Below, one piece after another: positions 9,818 through 20,409 of a stretch of DNA of 64,000 bases. The stretch covers positions 896,001 through 960,000 of the forward strand of contig CAVZVA010000010.1 in assembly GCA_963778655.1 (NCBI GenBank), in the 5' to 3' direction. The notes beneath the pieces are model-generated. The model ran no database searches and was not told where the DNA came from. It saw nothing but the letters and a program-made list of their open reading frames with translations. The stretch comes from an uncultured delta proteobacterium. Its GTDB lineage: Bacteria; Myxococcota_A; Polyangia; Polyangiales; JAFGIB01. The position numbers and the translations under genes are program-made. How positions within the stretch are numbered: position 1 is the first letter of the stretch; every line of letters starts with the position of its first letter.

Positions 9818-10057
9818 ATGACTGTTGTCAAGATCGCGATTACGTTGCCGGAGCAGGAGCTGGCGCGGGTGCGCCGCGCCGTTCGCGCCGGGCGTGCGGA
9901 TTCGGTGTCGGGCTACATCACCCGCGCGCTAGCGGAGAGGCAGCGGGAGGAGTCGCTGCAGGCGCTCGTGCGCGACCTAGTGACGCAATACGGGGAGCCG
10001 ACCGCGAAGGAGACCGCGTGGGCAAAGCGCGCGCTCGCACGTCCCCGGCGGGGCTGA
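9818..10057 (+). CDS. Ribbon-helix-helix antitoxin (VapB-like)
   Basis: KIAITLP beta-ribbon and SVSGYITRAL. It overlaps the downstream PIN gene. Confidence 0.8.
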   Translation: MTVVKIAITLPEQELARVRRAVRAGRADSVSGYITRALAERQREESLQALVRDLVTQYGEPTAKETAWAKRALARPRRG

Positions 10058-10422
10058 CCCTGGACGCGGGCGCGCTGATCGCGCTCGAGCGGGGTGACCG
10101 GCGCATGATCGCGCTGCTGCGCCGCGTTGTCTCCGAGCGCCGGGCCCTGCGCGTACCCGCGGGTGTCGTCGCCCAGGTGTGGCGCGACGGCCGTAGCCAG
10201 GCCATTCTCGCGCGTTTCCTGCGAGCAGAAGGCGTTCAGATCGAGCCACTCGACGCGGCCCTGGCCAGAGCCTGCGGGGAGCTATGCGGTGCAGCGAACA
10301 CGACCGACGTGATCGACGCCTCGGTGGTGATCGCTGCCAATGAGCACGGCGACCTGATCGTGACCAGCGATCCGCACGACCTCCGCCGGCTCGATCGCAA
10401 GGCGCAGCTGATTCGCATCTAA
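10018..10422 (+). CDS. PIN-domain toxin (VapC-like)
   Basis: LDAGALIA, DVIDASVV and IVTSDPHDL motifs. Start uncertain. Confidence 0.85.
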   Translation: MGKARARTSPAGLTLDAGALIALERGDRRMIALLRRVVSERRALRVPAGVVAQVWRDGRSQAILARFLRAEGVQIEPLDAALARACGELCGAANTTDVIDASVVIAANEHGDLIVTSDPHDLRRLDRKAQLIRI

Positions 10423-10473
10423 CGAGCGAGCGCCGTCGCCGACAGACTCAGCGGGCGCAACGCATTCGCGGCG

Positions 10474-10980
10474 TCAGGCCGGCCATGCGAGCGCGAGCCA
10501 GGGACGCTGCTCGACCTCGGCCGGGTGCGCGGCGGCGAAGTCGCGGAACGCGGTGATGAAGGCGGCGACATCGAGCCCCATGTACGGGGTTGCGCCATCC
10601 GCGGCGAGCTCCTGAAGCCGCGCGAGCGCACGCCCGGCCAGACGCCGGCACGCCTCGGGGTGGCCCGCTGTGCTCTTCAGACAGGCGGCGGCACACTGGA
10701 TCAAGCCCTGAAGGAACTCGCGCTGGCGCGGATCTCGCGCTGAATCCCGCCACAACGCCTCCCAGACTTCGTGCGCCTCCCAGAAGAAGCCGGCATTGTA
10801 GAGGTCCACGCCCCAGAGATACTCGGCATCGTCCACCCAGCCGGCCGCACCCGGCGACGGCGGCGAGGATTGCAACGCGTCGTGCGGGCGCACCGCGATC
10901 GCCGGACGCGCGGTACGCCCCGGCACGTATGCATACGCAGGCAACGGACGCCGCGGTTGATAGCGGGGTGGACGAGCCAA
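10474..10980 (-). CDS. DUF309 domain protein
   Basis: GVDLYNAGFFWEAHEVWEALW..FLQGLIQ signature. TTG start inferred. Confidence 0.85.
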   Translation of the reverse strand: MARPPRYQPRRPLPAYAYVPGRTARPAIAVRPHDALQSSPPSPGAAGWVDDAEYLWGVDLYNAGFFWEAHEVWEALWRDSARDPRQREFLQGLIQCAAACLKSTAGHPEACRRLAGRALARLQELAADGATPYMGLDVAAFITAFRDFAAAHPAEVEQRPWLALAWPA

Positions 10981-11163
10981 TCGCTTCGAGCATAGTCGGT
11001 TCTGGCCCGCTGACCATGGCTGCGCGCGCTCGACTCCGTGGCTTGGACGGAACGGCCGGAAGCTCGAACGGGGCGACGATCGATGGAGCTCGATCTGGGA
11101 AGCCCCGAGCCTTGCGCGAACGCGCCCGCTGACAAAGAGCGCGACCGTGGCATACTCCGCCCC

Positions 11164-11529
11164 ATGCACCTGCTGGCCAAGCTCGTGGTGGTGACACTGG
11201 TGATCGCGGTCTCGCCGCAGATCATCCCCGGCATCGTGGTCGGCGGCCTCGGCGCTGCGCTGCGCGCGGCGCTGCTCTACGGCGTGCTGTTCGTGCTGAT
11301 CGGGTGGCTGGTGACGGTACTGGTCGCGCTGTTCTCGGTGGTGCCCGGGATCCTGACCTTCGGGCTGTTCTTCCTGCTGATTCCGCTGCTGGTCAACACC
11401 GTGCTGCTCAAGCTGACCGCGGGCCTGATGCGCTCGTTCGACATCCGCACCTGGACCGCGGCGCTGCTGTTGAGCATGGTGCTGGCGATCGTCAACTCGC
11501 TGTTCGAAGCCGGTCGCCACGCGGGGTGA
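11164..11529 (+). CDS. Phage-holin-like 4TM membrane protein (YvlD/DUF360)
   Basis: ILTFGLFFLLI..LVN...LKLTAGL..F.I..WTAALL motif. Confidence 0.8.
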   Translation: MHLLAKLVVVTLVIAVSPQIIPGIVVGGLGAALRAALLYGVLFVLIGWLVTVLVALFSVVPGILTFGLFFLLIPLLVNTVLLKLTAGLMRSFDIRTWTAALLLSMVLAIVNSLFEAGRHAG

Positions 11530-11587
11530 CCGGCGCCCGCGCGCGCCAGCAGTCGACCTCCGTCCACCGCGCAGCCAGGTCGCGCCG

Positions 11588-12472
11588 CTAGCTCCGCCGC
11601 GCTGCGGTGCGCCTGGCGGTCTCGACCAGGCGATCGTCGTCGAGCTCCAGGGCGATCTCGGCGATGGCGCCCGGATCGGGGCCGGCCCACGCCAGGTCGC
11701 CGAGCGACTCCTGCAGCGGCACGTCGGTGCGCAGCGTGGCCAGACGGCGATACAGCAGCACGTCCTCGCGCGCGCCGGCGAGCACGGCGGCCAGCGCGCT
11801 CGCGCCGCGCACCTTGACCTGCCAGCGTGCGGCGTCGTCGGGGATCTGCTCGAGATGGCCGTAGCATGCCAGCACGGCGGCGGCGGACTTCTCGCCCCAG
11901 CGCGCGAGACCCGGGATGCCATCCGCGGTGTCTCCTACCAGTGCCAGCCAGTCCGGGATCGAGCTCGGCGGCACGCCGAACTTGTCCACCACACCGGCTT
12001 CGTCCAGGCGGCGGTTGCGCAGGCGGTCCCAGCACACCACGCGGCTGCCCCGCACGCACTGCGCCAGATCCTTGTCTGGGGAGCAGATCACCACCTCGGT
12101 GACCTCGGGCTGCTGGGCGCAACGTGCGGCAAAGGCGGCCAGCGCATCGTCCGCCTCGAGCTCGACCATCGGCCAAACGACCAGACCCAGCGCCTGCACC
12201 GCGCGCTCGGCCAGCTCGAACTGCCCGAGCAGCGCGGGCTCGATGCCCTCGCCGGTCTTGTAGCCCGCGAACAGCTGGTTGCGAAACGATTCGATCACGT
12301 GATCGAATGCGCACGCGACGTGGGTGACCTGCGGATCGGAGAGCAAGAACAGCAGCGAGCGCAGCAGCCCACGCGTCGCCCCCACCTCACGCCCATCGCG
12401 CCCGCGCGCCTCCGGCGCGCCGTAGAACGCGCGAAACAGCTCGTAAGTGCCGTCGACCAGATGGACCTTCAT
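11588..12472 (-). CDS. Stand-alone 5'-3' exonuclease/flap endonuclease (PolA N-terminal-like)
   Basis: LVDGT, FRNQLFAGYK, EADDAL, SPDKDL and LVGDTADGIPG motifs. Confidence 0.92.
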   Translation of the reverse strand: MKVHLVDGTYELFRAFYGAPEARGRDGREVGATRGLLRSLLFLLSDPQVTHVACAFDHVIESFRNQLFAGYKTGEGIEPALLGQFELAERAVQALGLVVWPMVELEADDALAAFAARCAQQPEVTEVVICSPDKDLAQCVRGSRVVCWDRLRNRRLDEAGVVDKFGVPPSSIPDWLALVGDTADGIPGLARWGEKSAAAVLACYGHLEQIPDDAARWQVKVRGASALAAVLAGAREDVLLYRRLATLRTDVPLQESLGDLAWAGPDPGAIAEIALELDDDRLVETARRTAARRS

Positions 12473-12754
12473 AAGCGCCGCGCGCCGACCTTCGCTTGTG
12501 CTCGAGCGTAGACTCGTTGGCGCATCCGCGAAAGCCCGCGTTTCTGAAGGCGAATCGTGGCCGACATAGGCCGACGTCCCAAACTACACCGACCTCACCC
12601 CGGTGATTCAGATCAGCGAGCTCATCGCCGGCTGAGGAGTCGGCGTCGCCTCTGCCCGAGTTGGTCGCTTCACCGAGCCATTACGCGGCCTCTGCCACAG
12701 TCCGACCGCATCCGCCGCTGGTGCGGCGTACGGATCCCATGGGCCATGGCGCGC

Positions 12755-14761
12755 TCACTGAACTGAGATCTGCGCGCAGAAGCCGGCGATGCAGCTGTAC
12801 GGGATGGCGTTGCCTTCTGGCGGGCAGCAGTCGGCGGCTGTGACGCAGCGTTCGTCGCGCTTTGCGCAGGTCTTCTCTGGAGGCTTCATGCAGGTGCCCT
12901 TTTGCTCGACGGCGAACTCGCTCGAAGTGGGCTCCGGCACATAGCAGGTGCCTCCGCAGCAATCGATGCCGGTCGTGCAGTCGTCGCCGTCTTGCTTGCA
13001 CGGATCGAGCGCGGCGAACGCACGGTGGTTTCCGGTGTTCGGCTCTTGACCCGGCAAGTAGAACGCGGGGTGAGACCGGTCCATGCTGTAGTCGCCGCTG
13101 GCCGAGATGTCGACCGCAGCGCCCCAGATCTGACGCTGCAGGCCCTGGTTGCCGTAGTGGCGCAGCGAATCGAAGAACACCCAGAAATATCCGCCCGCCG
13201 CGACGGGCGCGACCGTCGGATAGTAGTGGTGGTGCAGCTCTTCGGCACCGAACGGAAGGTACGTGGTTCCGCTCGCAGCGTCCGCTTCAGAGGCAAACCC
13301 CATCGCTTGCGCCAGCAGCGTGTGCTTTCCACTCGCGAGATCGAGCAGGTATACGTCGCTCGCCGGCGCGCCGGGCGCCCCCAACGCTGCCGTGCCTGCC
13401 AGACCCGCACCGTTGCCCGAGAAGTCCGCCGCTTCACCGATGGCAAAGGTCAGCGCCTTGCCATCGGGCAAGAAGAACGGCCAGGCTGGGTACGTGCCGT
13501 TGCCAGTCGCGAACAAGTTGCGGTAATCGCTCGCGACGCGCATCACCGGGTCGAACTTCATGACAGCCAGGCCGTGCCCGTTGTCGATTGCGTAGTCGGT
13601 GAAGGCAAGCTGGGTACCGTCGGGCGAGAACATGGGCGTCATCGCCCCCGCTGCAATGCCCGAGCCCGTGATCTCCATACCCGTGTCGGTCGCGTACAGG
13701 CTCGCGCTCGGCCCACCGATCGTGGCGGGCGAGCCAGCGCGCGGGCCGACGCCGCCCTGGTGCGCGCTCGTGACGTAGACCGAGCCGTCGGGCGACAACC
13801 CCACGAAGGCCGCGTTCGGAAGTGCGCTTGCGAGCGGAGTGGGATTGGCAGCGCCGCCCGGCGTCAACTCGTAGCTCGAGGAATCGGCCGGACCGGCGAT
13901 GGCTGCGCCGAGCGGCAAGGACACCATGCGGCTGCCGTTGGCGGACACCGAGTGGCACGCGTTGCAGCCGCTGCTATTGAGGAATACCTCCGCGCTGCCG
14001 CCGTTGGGAATGCGCAGCACGGCACCTTGGCCACCGCCGAAGCCGGGAAGCCCGCCGCTGCCGGCTGCGAGCTGCGAGGAATAGCTGTTGTAGTAGATCG
14101 AACCCTTGATCGTCGCCTGCGCGATCGTGAGCGTGAACGTTGCAGGTCCTTGCACGGTGCCGCCTGTCATGACGCTGAGCTCGAAGGCATATGGATCGCT
14201 CGGTCCGTACGTGCGTGCGGTCGCCTGGTCCCAGACGTCTTGCGGAATCTGAAGCTGGCCGGCGCCGGTCGGCTTGAGGCAGCCCCAGTATTCGAACGCC
14301 ATCGACTTGATGTGCACGTAGACGAAGTCACCGTTGCCGTCCCACATCAACGTTGGCGAGATGGTGCCGCGCGGGAACACCGTTCCGTCGTAGGGATAGA
14401 GCACGCGGACGGAGCCGGCGCCGCCGGCCTTGAGCTTGTTGGCGTCGTCTTGGCTGATGCCCGCCGCGTTGGCGGCGCCGCAGTCGTCGATGCTGATCGG
14501 CTGGGTACCGCTGGTCATGCCTTGCTGGCCCGCGTCGGTCACGCTCGGCATCGGCAGTTGCCGTTGCATCTGAACGCCACCGCTGGAATTGCCGAAGCTC
14601 GTGCCTGTCCCGCCACCGCTGCCCGGGCTCATCGCTGCCGAAGCACCGCCAGCTCCGGTGGGGTCAGGCGTGCCACGCCCGCCCGTAGAGTCCGTTGCGG
14701 AGCAACCGAATGCCAGCAGGGCAGCGGCGCAAACCAGGGCGATTACTTGCGGACGGCGCAT
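12755..14761 (-). CDS. Myxobacterial lipoprotein with TolB-like beta-propeller and Cys-rich C-terminus
   Basis: Lipobox LAFGC, Gly-rich linker, LYPYDGTVFPRG, PMFSPDGTQLAF and C-terminal Cys clusters. Confidence 0.8.
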   Translation of the reverse strand: MRRPQVIALVCAAALLAFGCSATDSTGGRGTPDPTGAGGASAAMSPGSGGGTGTSFGNSSGGVQMQRQLPMPSVTDAGQQGMTSGTQPISIDDCGAANAAGISQDDANKLKAGGAGSVRVLYPYDGTVFPRGTISPTLMWDGNGDFVYVHIKSMAFEYWGCLKPTGAGQLQIPQDVWDQATARTYGPSDPYAFELSVMTGGTVQGPATFTLTIAQATIKGSIYYNSYSSQLAAGSGGLPGFGGGQGAVLRIPNGGSAEVFLNSSGCNACHSVSANGSRMVSLPLGAAIAGPADSSSYELTPGGAANPTPLASALPNAAFVGLSPDGSVYVTSAHQGGVGPRAGSPATIGGPSASLYATDTGMEITGSGIAAGAMTPMFSPDGTQLAFTDYAIDNGHGLAVMKFDPVMRVASDYRNLFATGNGTYPAWPFFLPDGKALTFAIGEAADFSGNGAGLAGTAALGAPGAPASDVYLLDLASGKHTLLAQAMGFASEADAASGTTYLPFGAEELHHHYYPTVAPVAAGGYFWVFFDSLRHYGNQGLQRQIWGAAVDISASGDYSMDRSHPAFYLPGQEPNTGNHRAFAALDPCKQDGDDCTTGIDCCGGTCYVPEPTSSEFAVEQKGTCMKPPEKTCAKRDERCVTAADCCPPEGNAIPYSCIAGFCAQISVQ

Positions 14762-15268
14762 GACTGCTCACTCCTCGCAACTTCGGCTGCGCAGCCCGAT
14801 GCTCGCACTTCGCCGCCGTAGCCCCATATTGTGCACCGATCACCGGCAGACGGCTCTACCGGCAAAGCCGATTGGCCCCAATTGAGATGCCTGTGGCCCC
14901 GAAGGATAGAGAAGCGCCCGCTACTGAGCTGGCCGCGGCGTTGGCCGTCCGGCTCGTGCGTTCAAAGCGGGCCCTTCAAAAGCCGCGTAAAAGCGCGAGT
15001 CCGCCCGCGGCCTTTCCGGCCGCGGCCTTTGAGGACGGGGACAACGGTGACCTCTTCTAGCTTGCCAGCGAGAACCGCGAACAGCGCGCGCTCCTCGCCG
15101 CCCACGTGCACGGCGTATTCGCCGGCAGCGAGGTGCAGGCCGGCGGGCGCCCGCGTGAGACGCTCGAGATCAGGCGCCGCGAGCGTGGAACACAGCGGAA
15201 CTGCACGGAAGTCGTCAATCAGAGCGCGCGGTGAGCGCCGATCGAGCTACTGAGTGTGCGAACGGCTT

Positions 15269-15856
15269 CTAGATCGTGAGACCGAAGTGAGCGAGCAGCG
15301 CGATACCGCTGAAGTGCGCCTTCTCGGTCATGCCGAGATAGCGAGCCTCGGCGCCGATGAAGAGCAGCCCTGGTTTGAACAGTAGGGCAAGCGCCGGCGA
15401 AACGTACAGCGTGCTATCGTGGAGCTTGGCTTTGACACCCGTCGTCCCGACGGAGTTGGAGTTCAGCCTGGCGCTTCCGATGCCGATGCCCGGCCGCAGC
15501 ACCAGCGGCCCGAGCTCGGCGTCGTAGCCCAAATCGATGCCGTAGGTCAGGTAGCTCTGTGACAGCTCGACGTTCAGGCTCGTGGCCATGCCCGTCGTGC
15601 TCGTGGTCGGAATGACCGTGTGTCCGGTCGCGCCCAAGAACCACAGCAGTCGAGCCCCTACGTAGATCGGAATTGAGGGCAGCGTCACCCCGGCGGCCGC
15701 GCCGAGGCCGATGCCGTACGGCTCCACCGCGTGCTTTTCGGGCGTGAAGCCGTATCCGCCCAGAAGACCGGCGTACAAGCTCATCGCCTGGGCCTTGTGG
15801 GCGCTCAGCAGCAAGAGTGCAGCCAGGACCAGACCCAACACCGGGGATTTTCGCAT
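15269..15856 (-). CDS. Outer-membrane beta-barrel protein
   Basis: Signal peptide (AQA cleavage), amphipathic strands, and a TATAGT -10 element 6 nt before the ATG. Confidence 0.7.
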   Translation of the reverse strand: MRKSPVLGLVLAALLLLSAHKAQAMSLYAGLLGGYGFTPEKHAVEPYGIGLGAAAGVTLPSIPIYVGARLLWFLGATGHTVIPTTSTTGMATSLNVELSQSYLTYGIDLGYDAELGPLVLRPGIGIGSARLNSNSVGTTGVKAKLHDSTLYVSPALALLFKPGLLFIGAEARYLGMTEKAHFSGIALLAHFGLTI

Positions 15857-16161
15857 GCGCCGACTATAAGCCCGCGCGACCTTGGCGCCAGCATCAAGCC
15901 GGCTCGGGCAGTACCCATCGCCGCATAGCAGCACGCCGCACTCCAGCAGGGCCTTGCGCCCGCGCGCAGCGGGCGCTGCCGCGCCTGCTCGTTGGCGGGT
16001 CGTCGCCTCCACGCGTTGCACCTACGCTCGGCCCAAGGGCGCGCACGCGCGAAAAAGGAGCGCGCCCGTGTCCGGATCTCGGCGCCGCCTGCGTCTGTCT
16101 GGGTGAAGACGAATTCGCGGGCTGCCGGGTCGGCGGCCCACAGAGCGAGGGAGAGACAGGG

Positions 16162-16581
16162 ATGAACGCGAACACGAATATGATCACGCCGCGCCTGGCC
16201 CGCTTCCAGCGCATGGGCACGCTCGCGCTGGCGGTGCTTGCGCTGGTCGGAGCCAACGCGTGCGCCGCCCGGACCGTCGGCCAGGGCGACGGCGATGCCC
16301 CGATCGCGAGCCAGGCGGAGGCCCTGAGCCGGGGAGGCGGGGGCTCCAAGGGCGCCGGCTTCACCTGCACCAACGGCGAATGCACCTGCAGCAAGGAGAT
16401 CGAGAACGACTGCGAAGACATGAGCGGGGTGTGCTCGGACGACACCGTCGACGACCTGATCCGCTGCATCCAGGGCTGGCTGACCACCGACTGCACCTGC
16501 AGGCTGGCGGTGAAGACGTCCACGCCCGTCCTGATCAGCAAGCTGCCCACGGTCGGCACCAAGCTGACCGTCTCGCACTGA
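16162..16581 (+). CDS. Small Cys-rich lipoprotein
   Basis: RBS GAGGGAG, hydrophobic stretch plus Cys, and 8 further Cys. Confidence 0.7.
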   Translation: MNANTNMITPRLARFQRMGTLALAVLALVGANACAARTVGQGDGDAPIASQAEALSRGGGGSKGAGFTCTNGECTCSKEIENDCEDMSGVCSDDTVDDLIRCIQGWLTTDCTCRLAVKTSTPVLISKLPTVGTKLTVSH

Positions 16582-16599
16582 CCCCAGCCCCCCAGCGCC

Positions 16600-16870
16600 C
16601 AGCAGCCCCGAAGCTGGTCGTGAGCGCCACATCCGCGGCATCGTGACCCCGCACGATCACGATCCGCCCGATGCGAGCGGTATCGTTGCGCGGGTCGAAC
16701 GTGTACCCCCTGTCGCCCAGATAGCCTTCGAACCACGCTGCGAAGGATCGGCAAATGGGGTGGTGGCAGGCCGATGTCGCCGAGACAACCGGTGCAAGAG
16801 CGTGCCGAAATGCTCATGCAACGACCGAGCGTGACGGCCAGATGCGCGAAGTCGCGACAGACGCCCATCC
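16600..16870 (-). pseudogene. Transglutaminase-like protein, frameshifted C-terminal remnant
   Basis: GVCRDFAHLAVT..C...ARSCTGCLGDIG, then in a shifted frame AWFEGYLGDRGYTFDPRN..RIGRIVIVRGHDAADVALTTSFG. Confidence 0.75.
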
Positions 16871-16920
16871 GGAAATTCGCGTTGTCTCGTGGCCCCGGGC
16901 GAGCCACTCTCAGCACAGCA

Positions 16921-17868
16921 GTGGCAGACCCATTTCGACACCTCTTCGTCAATATCGATGGCGTGCGCGTGCACTGGGCCGAGCTTGGTGAGCCCGGTGA
17001 CCGTACACCGCTCGTCTTGATTCACGGCATCGCCGATTCGTACCTCAGCTGGCACAAGGTCGCCGGGGATCTCGCCCGCGATCGGCTCGTTCTGATGCCC
17101 GACCTGCCCGGCTGCGGTTTGTCCGGTCGACCCGATGCGTCTTACAAACTCGAGTGGCACGCTCAGGTCATCGCGCATTGGCTCGCGCAGCTCGACCTGT
17201 CGTCGGTCGACGTGGTCGGCCATTCCTTCGGCGGCGGTGTCGCGCAGATGCTGCTGCTCGCCTGTCCGAAGCGTATTCGCCGCATGGTCCTGGTGGCATC
17301 CGGCGGGCTTGGACGCGAGGTCGGCTTTTGGCTCAAGTTCGCCACCTTCCCGCACTTCGTGGAGCACTATGGTCAGCCTTTCATGGCGTTCGGCACGCGC
17401 CAGGCGCTCGGACGTTTGAGCGATGCGCGCGTCGAGCAGGACATCGAGGCGTTGTCGGCGATGAACGCCGCGCGCGGTACGGCGCGAGCCTTCTCGCGCA
17501 CGGTGCGCGACGTAATCAATTTTCGCGGCCAGACGCGGCATTTCCTGCAACGCGCCAAAGAAGTGAGGGCGTTGCCACCGATCGCGGTGTTCTGGGGCGA
17601 GTGCGACGAGTTGATTCCGATCGCCCATGGCAAGCGCTTCGTTCAATGCGTCGAGGGCGCCGAGTTCAAGGCATTTCCGAACTGCGGTCACTACTTGCAC
17701 CAAGAGCGCCCCGGGCAGTTCGTGAGCGCGCTGCGAGCGTTTCTGGATGCTGGTGCTGCCACCACGGTTACCCTGCGCGGCGCTGCCGAGGAGTCGGTGT
17801 GGCCCGAGGCGCTGCGCAAAGCATTGGACTCCGCGCGCAGCTTGCTGCGTTCGAAGTCCAGCGGTTGA
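16921..17868 (+). CDS. Alpha/beta fold hydrolase
   Basis: LIHG, PDLPGCGLS, GHSFGG and CGHYLHQE motifs. Start uncertain (ORF open from 16774). Confidence 0.88.
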   Translation: MADPFRHLFVNIDGVRVHWAELGEPGDRTPLVLIHGIADSYLSWHKVAGDLARDRLVLMPDLPGCGLSGRPDASYKLEWHAQVIAHWLAQLDLSSVDVVGHSFGGGVAQMLLLACPKRIRRMVLVASGGLGREVGFWLKFATFPHFVEHYGQPFMAFGTRQALGRLSDARVEQDIEALSAMNAARGTARAFSRTVRDVINFRGQTRHFLQRAKEVRALPPIAVFWGECDELIPIAHGKRFVQCVEGAEFKAFPNCGHYLHQERPGQFVSALRAFLDAGAATTVTLRGAAEESVWPEALRKALDSARSLLRSKSSG

Positions 17869-18088
17869 GCGTCTCCCCAAATGGTTGTGGAGTTCGCGCT
17901 GCGTCAGCGCAAGAGAAACCCACACAATGCATCGGCCAGCGCGGCGAAGTCGGGGGGCGGCGATTCTCCGGCCGAGGTTGCAATTCGTGCGATTGCGGCG
18001 GTCCGAGAACCGCCTGGCGCTACCGCCTGGTCTGCATCGATTTGAGCCGAGGCGCCCGCGTCGGCGCGCGTTGAAAGCGGGGAGCCGG

Positions 18089-19237
18089 CTACATTTGCTC
18101 TGTGTCGAGATCGCCGACCATGCGGTCGAGCGTGGCTTTGAACAGCAACCAGGGCAGGCGGCGAACCGCCGGCAAGTGGCGCTGGTACACGCCTTCGTAC
18201 TCCAGCCACTCGACGCCGCCGCGGCGCTTCTTGAATTGCGCGTTGCCGGTGCTGAGGAAGAACAGCGCGCCGGTGTCGATCGCGCGGCGAAGACTGGCGG
18301 CGAAGACCGCACGGTAGAGCGGCAGGCCGTCGCCTTGCTTATCGAGGTCATAGCCGATGAGTGCAAAGACCAGGCGCCCGCGCTCGGAGCGCACGGTGGA
18401 AAATGCGAGGATCTCGCCCCCCATGCGCAGGGTCATGATCTGCTCCATGCCGGTGTCGGCGACCACTCGAAAATAGGCCGGCGTGAAGCGCGCATTGTAG
18501 CGCGAGTGCTTCTCGATGTAGAGGCGCCGGTACAGTGAGGCGATGCGGGCTTCCTCACCGGGGGCGAGGTCGTCGTCCAGGGTCACCGTGAAACGCGGAT
18601 CCGCGAGCAACGCGAGATCCTGCGCGGCAGACCTGCGGCGCCTGCTCGACAACCGCGCCCACCCAGGCGTGTCGAGCTCGAAGACGGGTCGATTGATGAT
18701 CAGCAGGTAACCCGCGGCCTCGAACGCACGCCGTGTCTCGATCGCCCGCAGATCAATGCCGCGAAAGACCAGCGGCAGCTCGCCAAAGCGACCGATCAAC
18801 CACTGCGTCAGTCGGTCGAGCCCAGCGGCCGACAGCGCCGGGGTGGGGCTGGTGGTAAACAGCCAGTTGTTCACCGACACGCAACGATTGAAGCCAAGCG
18901 GCGCCGTCACGCGACCGAGCACGCCGACCGCGGCCGCCATCACACGCGCGGCGCGATTGCCGCGCATCTTGCGCAGCTCCTCCTGCATGTACGCGACGTA
19001 GTGCACGTGCGGCGAGAGCAGGTAACACAGCGCTTCCTCACCGTCGTTGACCACGACCGGCACGAGCTCGGACTCGACCTCCAGCACCAGGCGCGGCAGA
19101 TCGGCAGCGTCGATCAGGCCGCGCGGTCCGCGGCGCAGAAACTCGGCGAGATAGCGGATCTCTGCCTCCCGGTGGGGCAGCGCGGTCAGGCGCGTGAGCA
19201 AGCGGTCGGCGTCGCCGACCTCGTAGGCGTCGATCAT
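18089..19237 (-). CDS. GNAT/FemAB-fold acyltransferase-like protein
   Basis: CYLLSPHVHY, VNNWLFTT, LYRRLYIEKHSRYN, LIGYD, LYR and GNAQFKKRRGG motifs. ATGA overlap with the upstream gene. Confidence 0.7.
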   Translation of the reverse strand: MIDAYEVGDADRLLTRLTALPHREAEIRYLAEFLRRGPRGLIDAADLPRLVLEVESELVPVVVNDGEEALCYLLSPHVHYVAYMQEELRKMRGNRAARVMAAAVGVLGRVTAPLGFNRCVSVNNWLFTTSPTPALSAAGLDRLTQWLIGRFGELPLVFRGIDLRAIETRRAFEAAGYLLIINRPVFELDTPGWARLSSRRRRSAAQDLALLADPRFTVTLDDDLAPGEEARIASLYRRLYIEKHSRYNARFTPAYFRVVADTGMEQIMTLRMGGEILAFSTVRSERGRLVFALIGYDLDKQGDGLPLYRAVFAASLRRAIDTGALFFLSTGNAQFKKRRGGVEWLEYEGVYQRHLPAVRRLPWLLFKATLDRMVGDLDTEQM

Positions 19238-20175
19238 GCAAATGCCCGAGCGACCAGCAGGATGACGCAGGTGCCGACGCGCGCTACCCAGAACGCCGCG
19301 TCGGCGAGGCGCTCGCCGAGCCGCGTGGGTAGTGCGCCGCCACGGCGCAGAACCGCAACTCCAATTGCAGCGGCTTGCGCGGCGGTCGCGCTGACGAGCG
19401 CGAGCAGGGTTGCGCCGTGGACCGCACGCGCGCCGACCAGCACGCCGGACACACCCGCAGCGGCAAGCAGCGCGGCGATGGCGATCGTGCCTTGCCGGCC
19501 GAGCAACGCGGGCAACGTCTTGAGGCCGTGCGCACGCTCTTCTGGCGCGTCCTCGGCGCACTCGACCAGAAACATCCCGTAGTCCAGCGCGCTCACTGCC
19601 AGCGCGACCACGAACCAGTGCGGCCCGCGCGCCGGCTCGAGGTGCCCGCAACCCAGACCCACCAGCCACAGCGCGAAGTATCCGCCGAGAACCGCCAGCG
19701 CATTGCCCCACCAGAACGCTTTCAGGCGCAATTCGGCGCCGCGTCCGGGCAGCAGGAAGTTGAATGAGTAGCCGTTGAAGAGTGCGGCGTAGGCGGCCAG
19801 CGCACCGCCGACCATCGGCGCTCGTGGCGCGGCGGCAGCCAGGAGCGCTGCGCCCGTCACGCCCTCGGACCAGAGCACCCACCGCAGCAGGCTCGGATTT
19901 CCATTCAACTGCTGCGCGAGCTCGGGCTTGGTCGCGCGATCGAGCTCGCGGTCGGTCAGCACGTTGAGCTGCATGCCGAAGATCGACGCCATGAATACGA
20001 ACGCGACCGAGAGCACGAGCAGCGCGAGGTCGACGGGTCGCCCCGAAAACAGCGCTGCATTGAGAACCAGCAGCAGGAGCGGGACGACCTTTTGTGCACG
20101 GCTCGCGCGCAGGATCCCGAGCAGCTCGGCATCCAAGCTGCTCACGTTCATGACCTTGTGCATGGCGGAGGCCAT
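19234..20175 (-). CDS. UbiA prenyltransferase family membrane protein
   Basis: NVLTDRELD and EDAPEERAHGLKTLP acidic motifs in a multi-TM protein. Confidence 0.8.
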   Translation of the reverse strand: MASAMHKVMNVSSLDAELLGILRASRAQKVVPLLLLVLNAALFSGRPVDLALLVLSVAFVFMASIFGMQLNVLTDRELDRATKPELAQQLNGNPSLLRWVLWSEGVTGAALLAAAAPRAPMVGGALAAYAALFNGYSFNFLLPGRGAELRLKAFWWGNALAVLGGYFALWLVGLGCGHLEPARGPHWFVVALAVSALDYGMFLVECAEDAPEERAHGLKTLPALLGRQGTIAIAALLAAAGVSGVLVGARAVHGATLLALVSATAAQAAAIGVAVLRRGGALPTRLGERLADAAFWVARVGTCVILLVARAFA

Positions 20176-20409
20176 CCCTTTGGACTCGAAGTCGGAGTCT
20201 CAGGCTCCGAGCGCGACCACCGCTAAGCACTGGACGTGCCATCTCGCTGCGCGGGCTGAACCGCAGGCGCCTCAGCGCGGCGCAGGGTCTGCACCGTTGC
20301 TTGAAAGCTCCGGCCACCGCCGCTTCTGGCACGTCCGAGTGCCATGGCTGGCAGTTGCAGCCCGCGGCAGTTGCAGCCCGCGATGCGACGCTTTTCGCCT
20401 CCTGGCTCC

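Noticed and set aside
11164..11529. Prophage lysis module
   Set aside because: This holin-like family is commonly chromosomal, and no phage genes are nearby.
12902..14821. 639-aa plus-strand ORF (likewise 51228-53054 and 56808-58286)
   Set aside because: Antisense shadows of well-supported genes.
14831..15253. Short ORFs between the lipoprotein and OMP genes
   Set aside because: No motif or compositional support.
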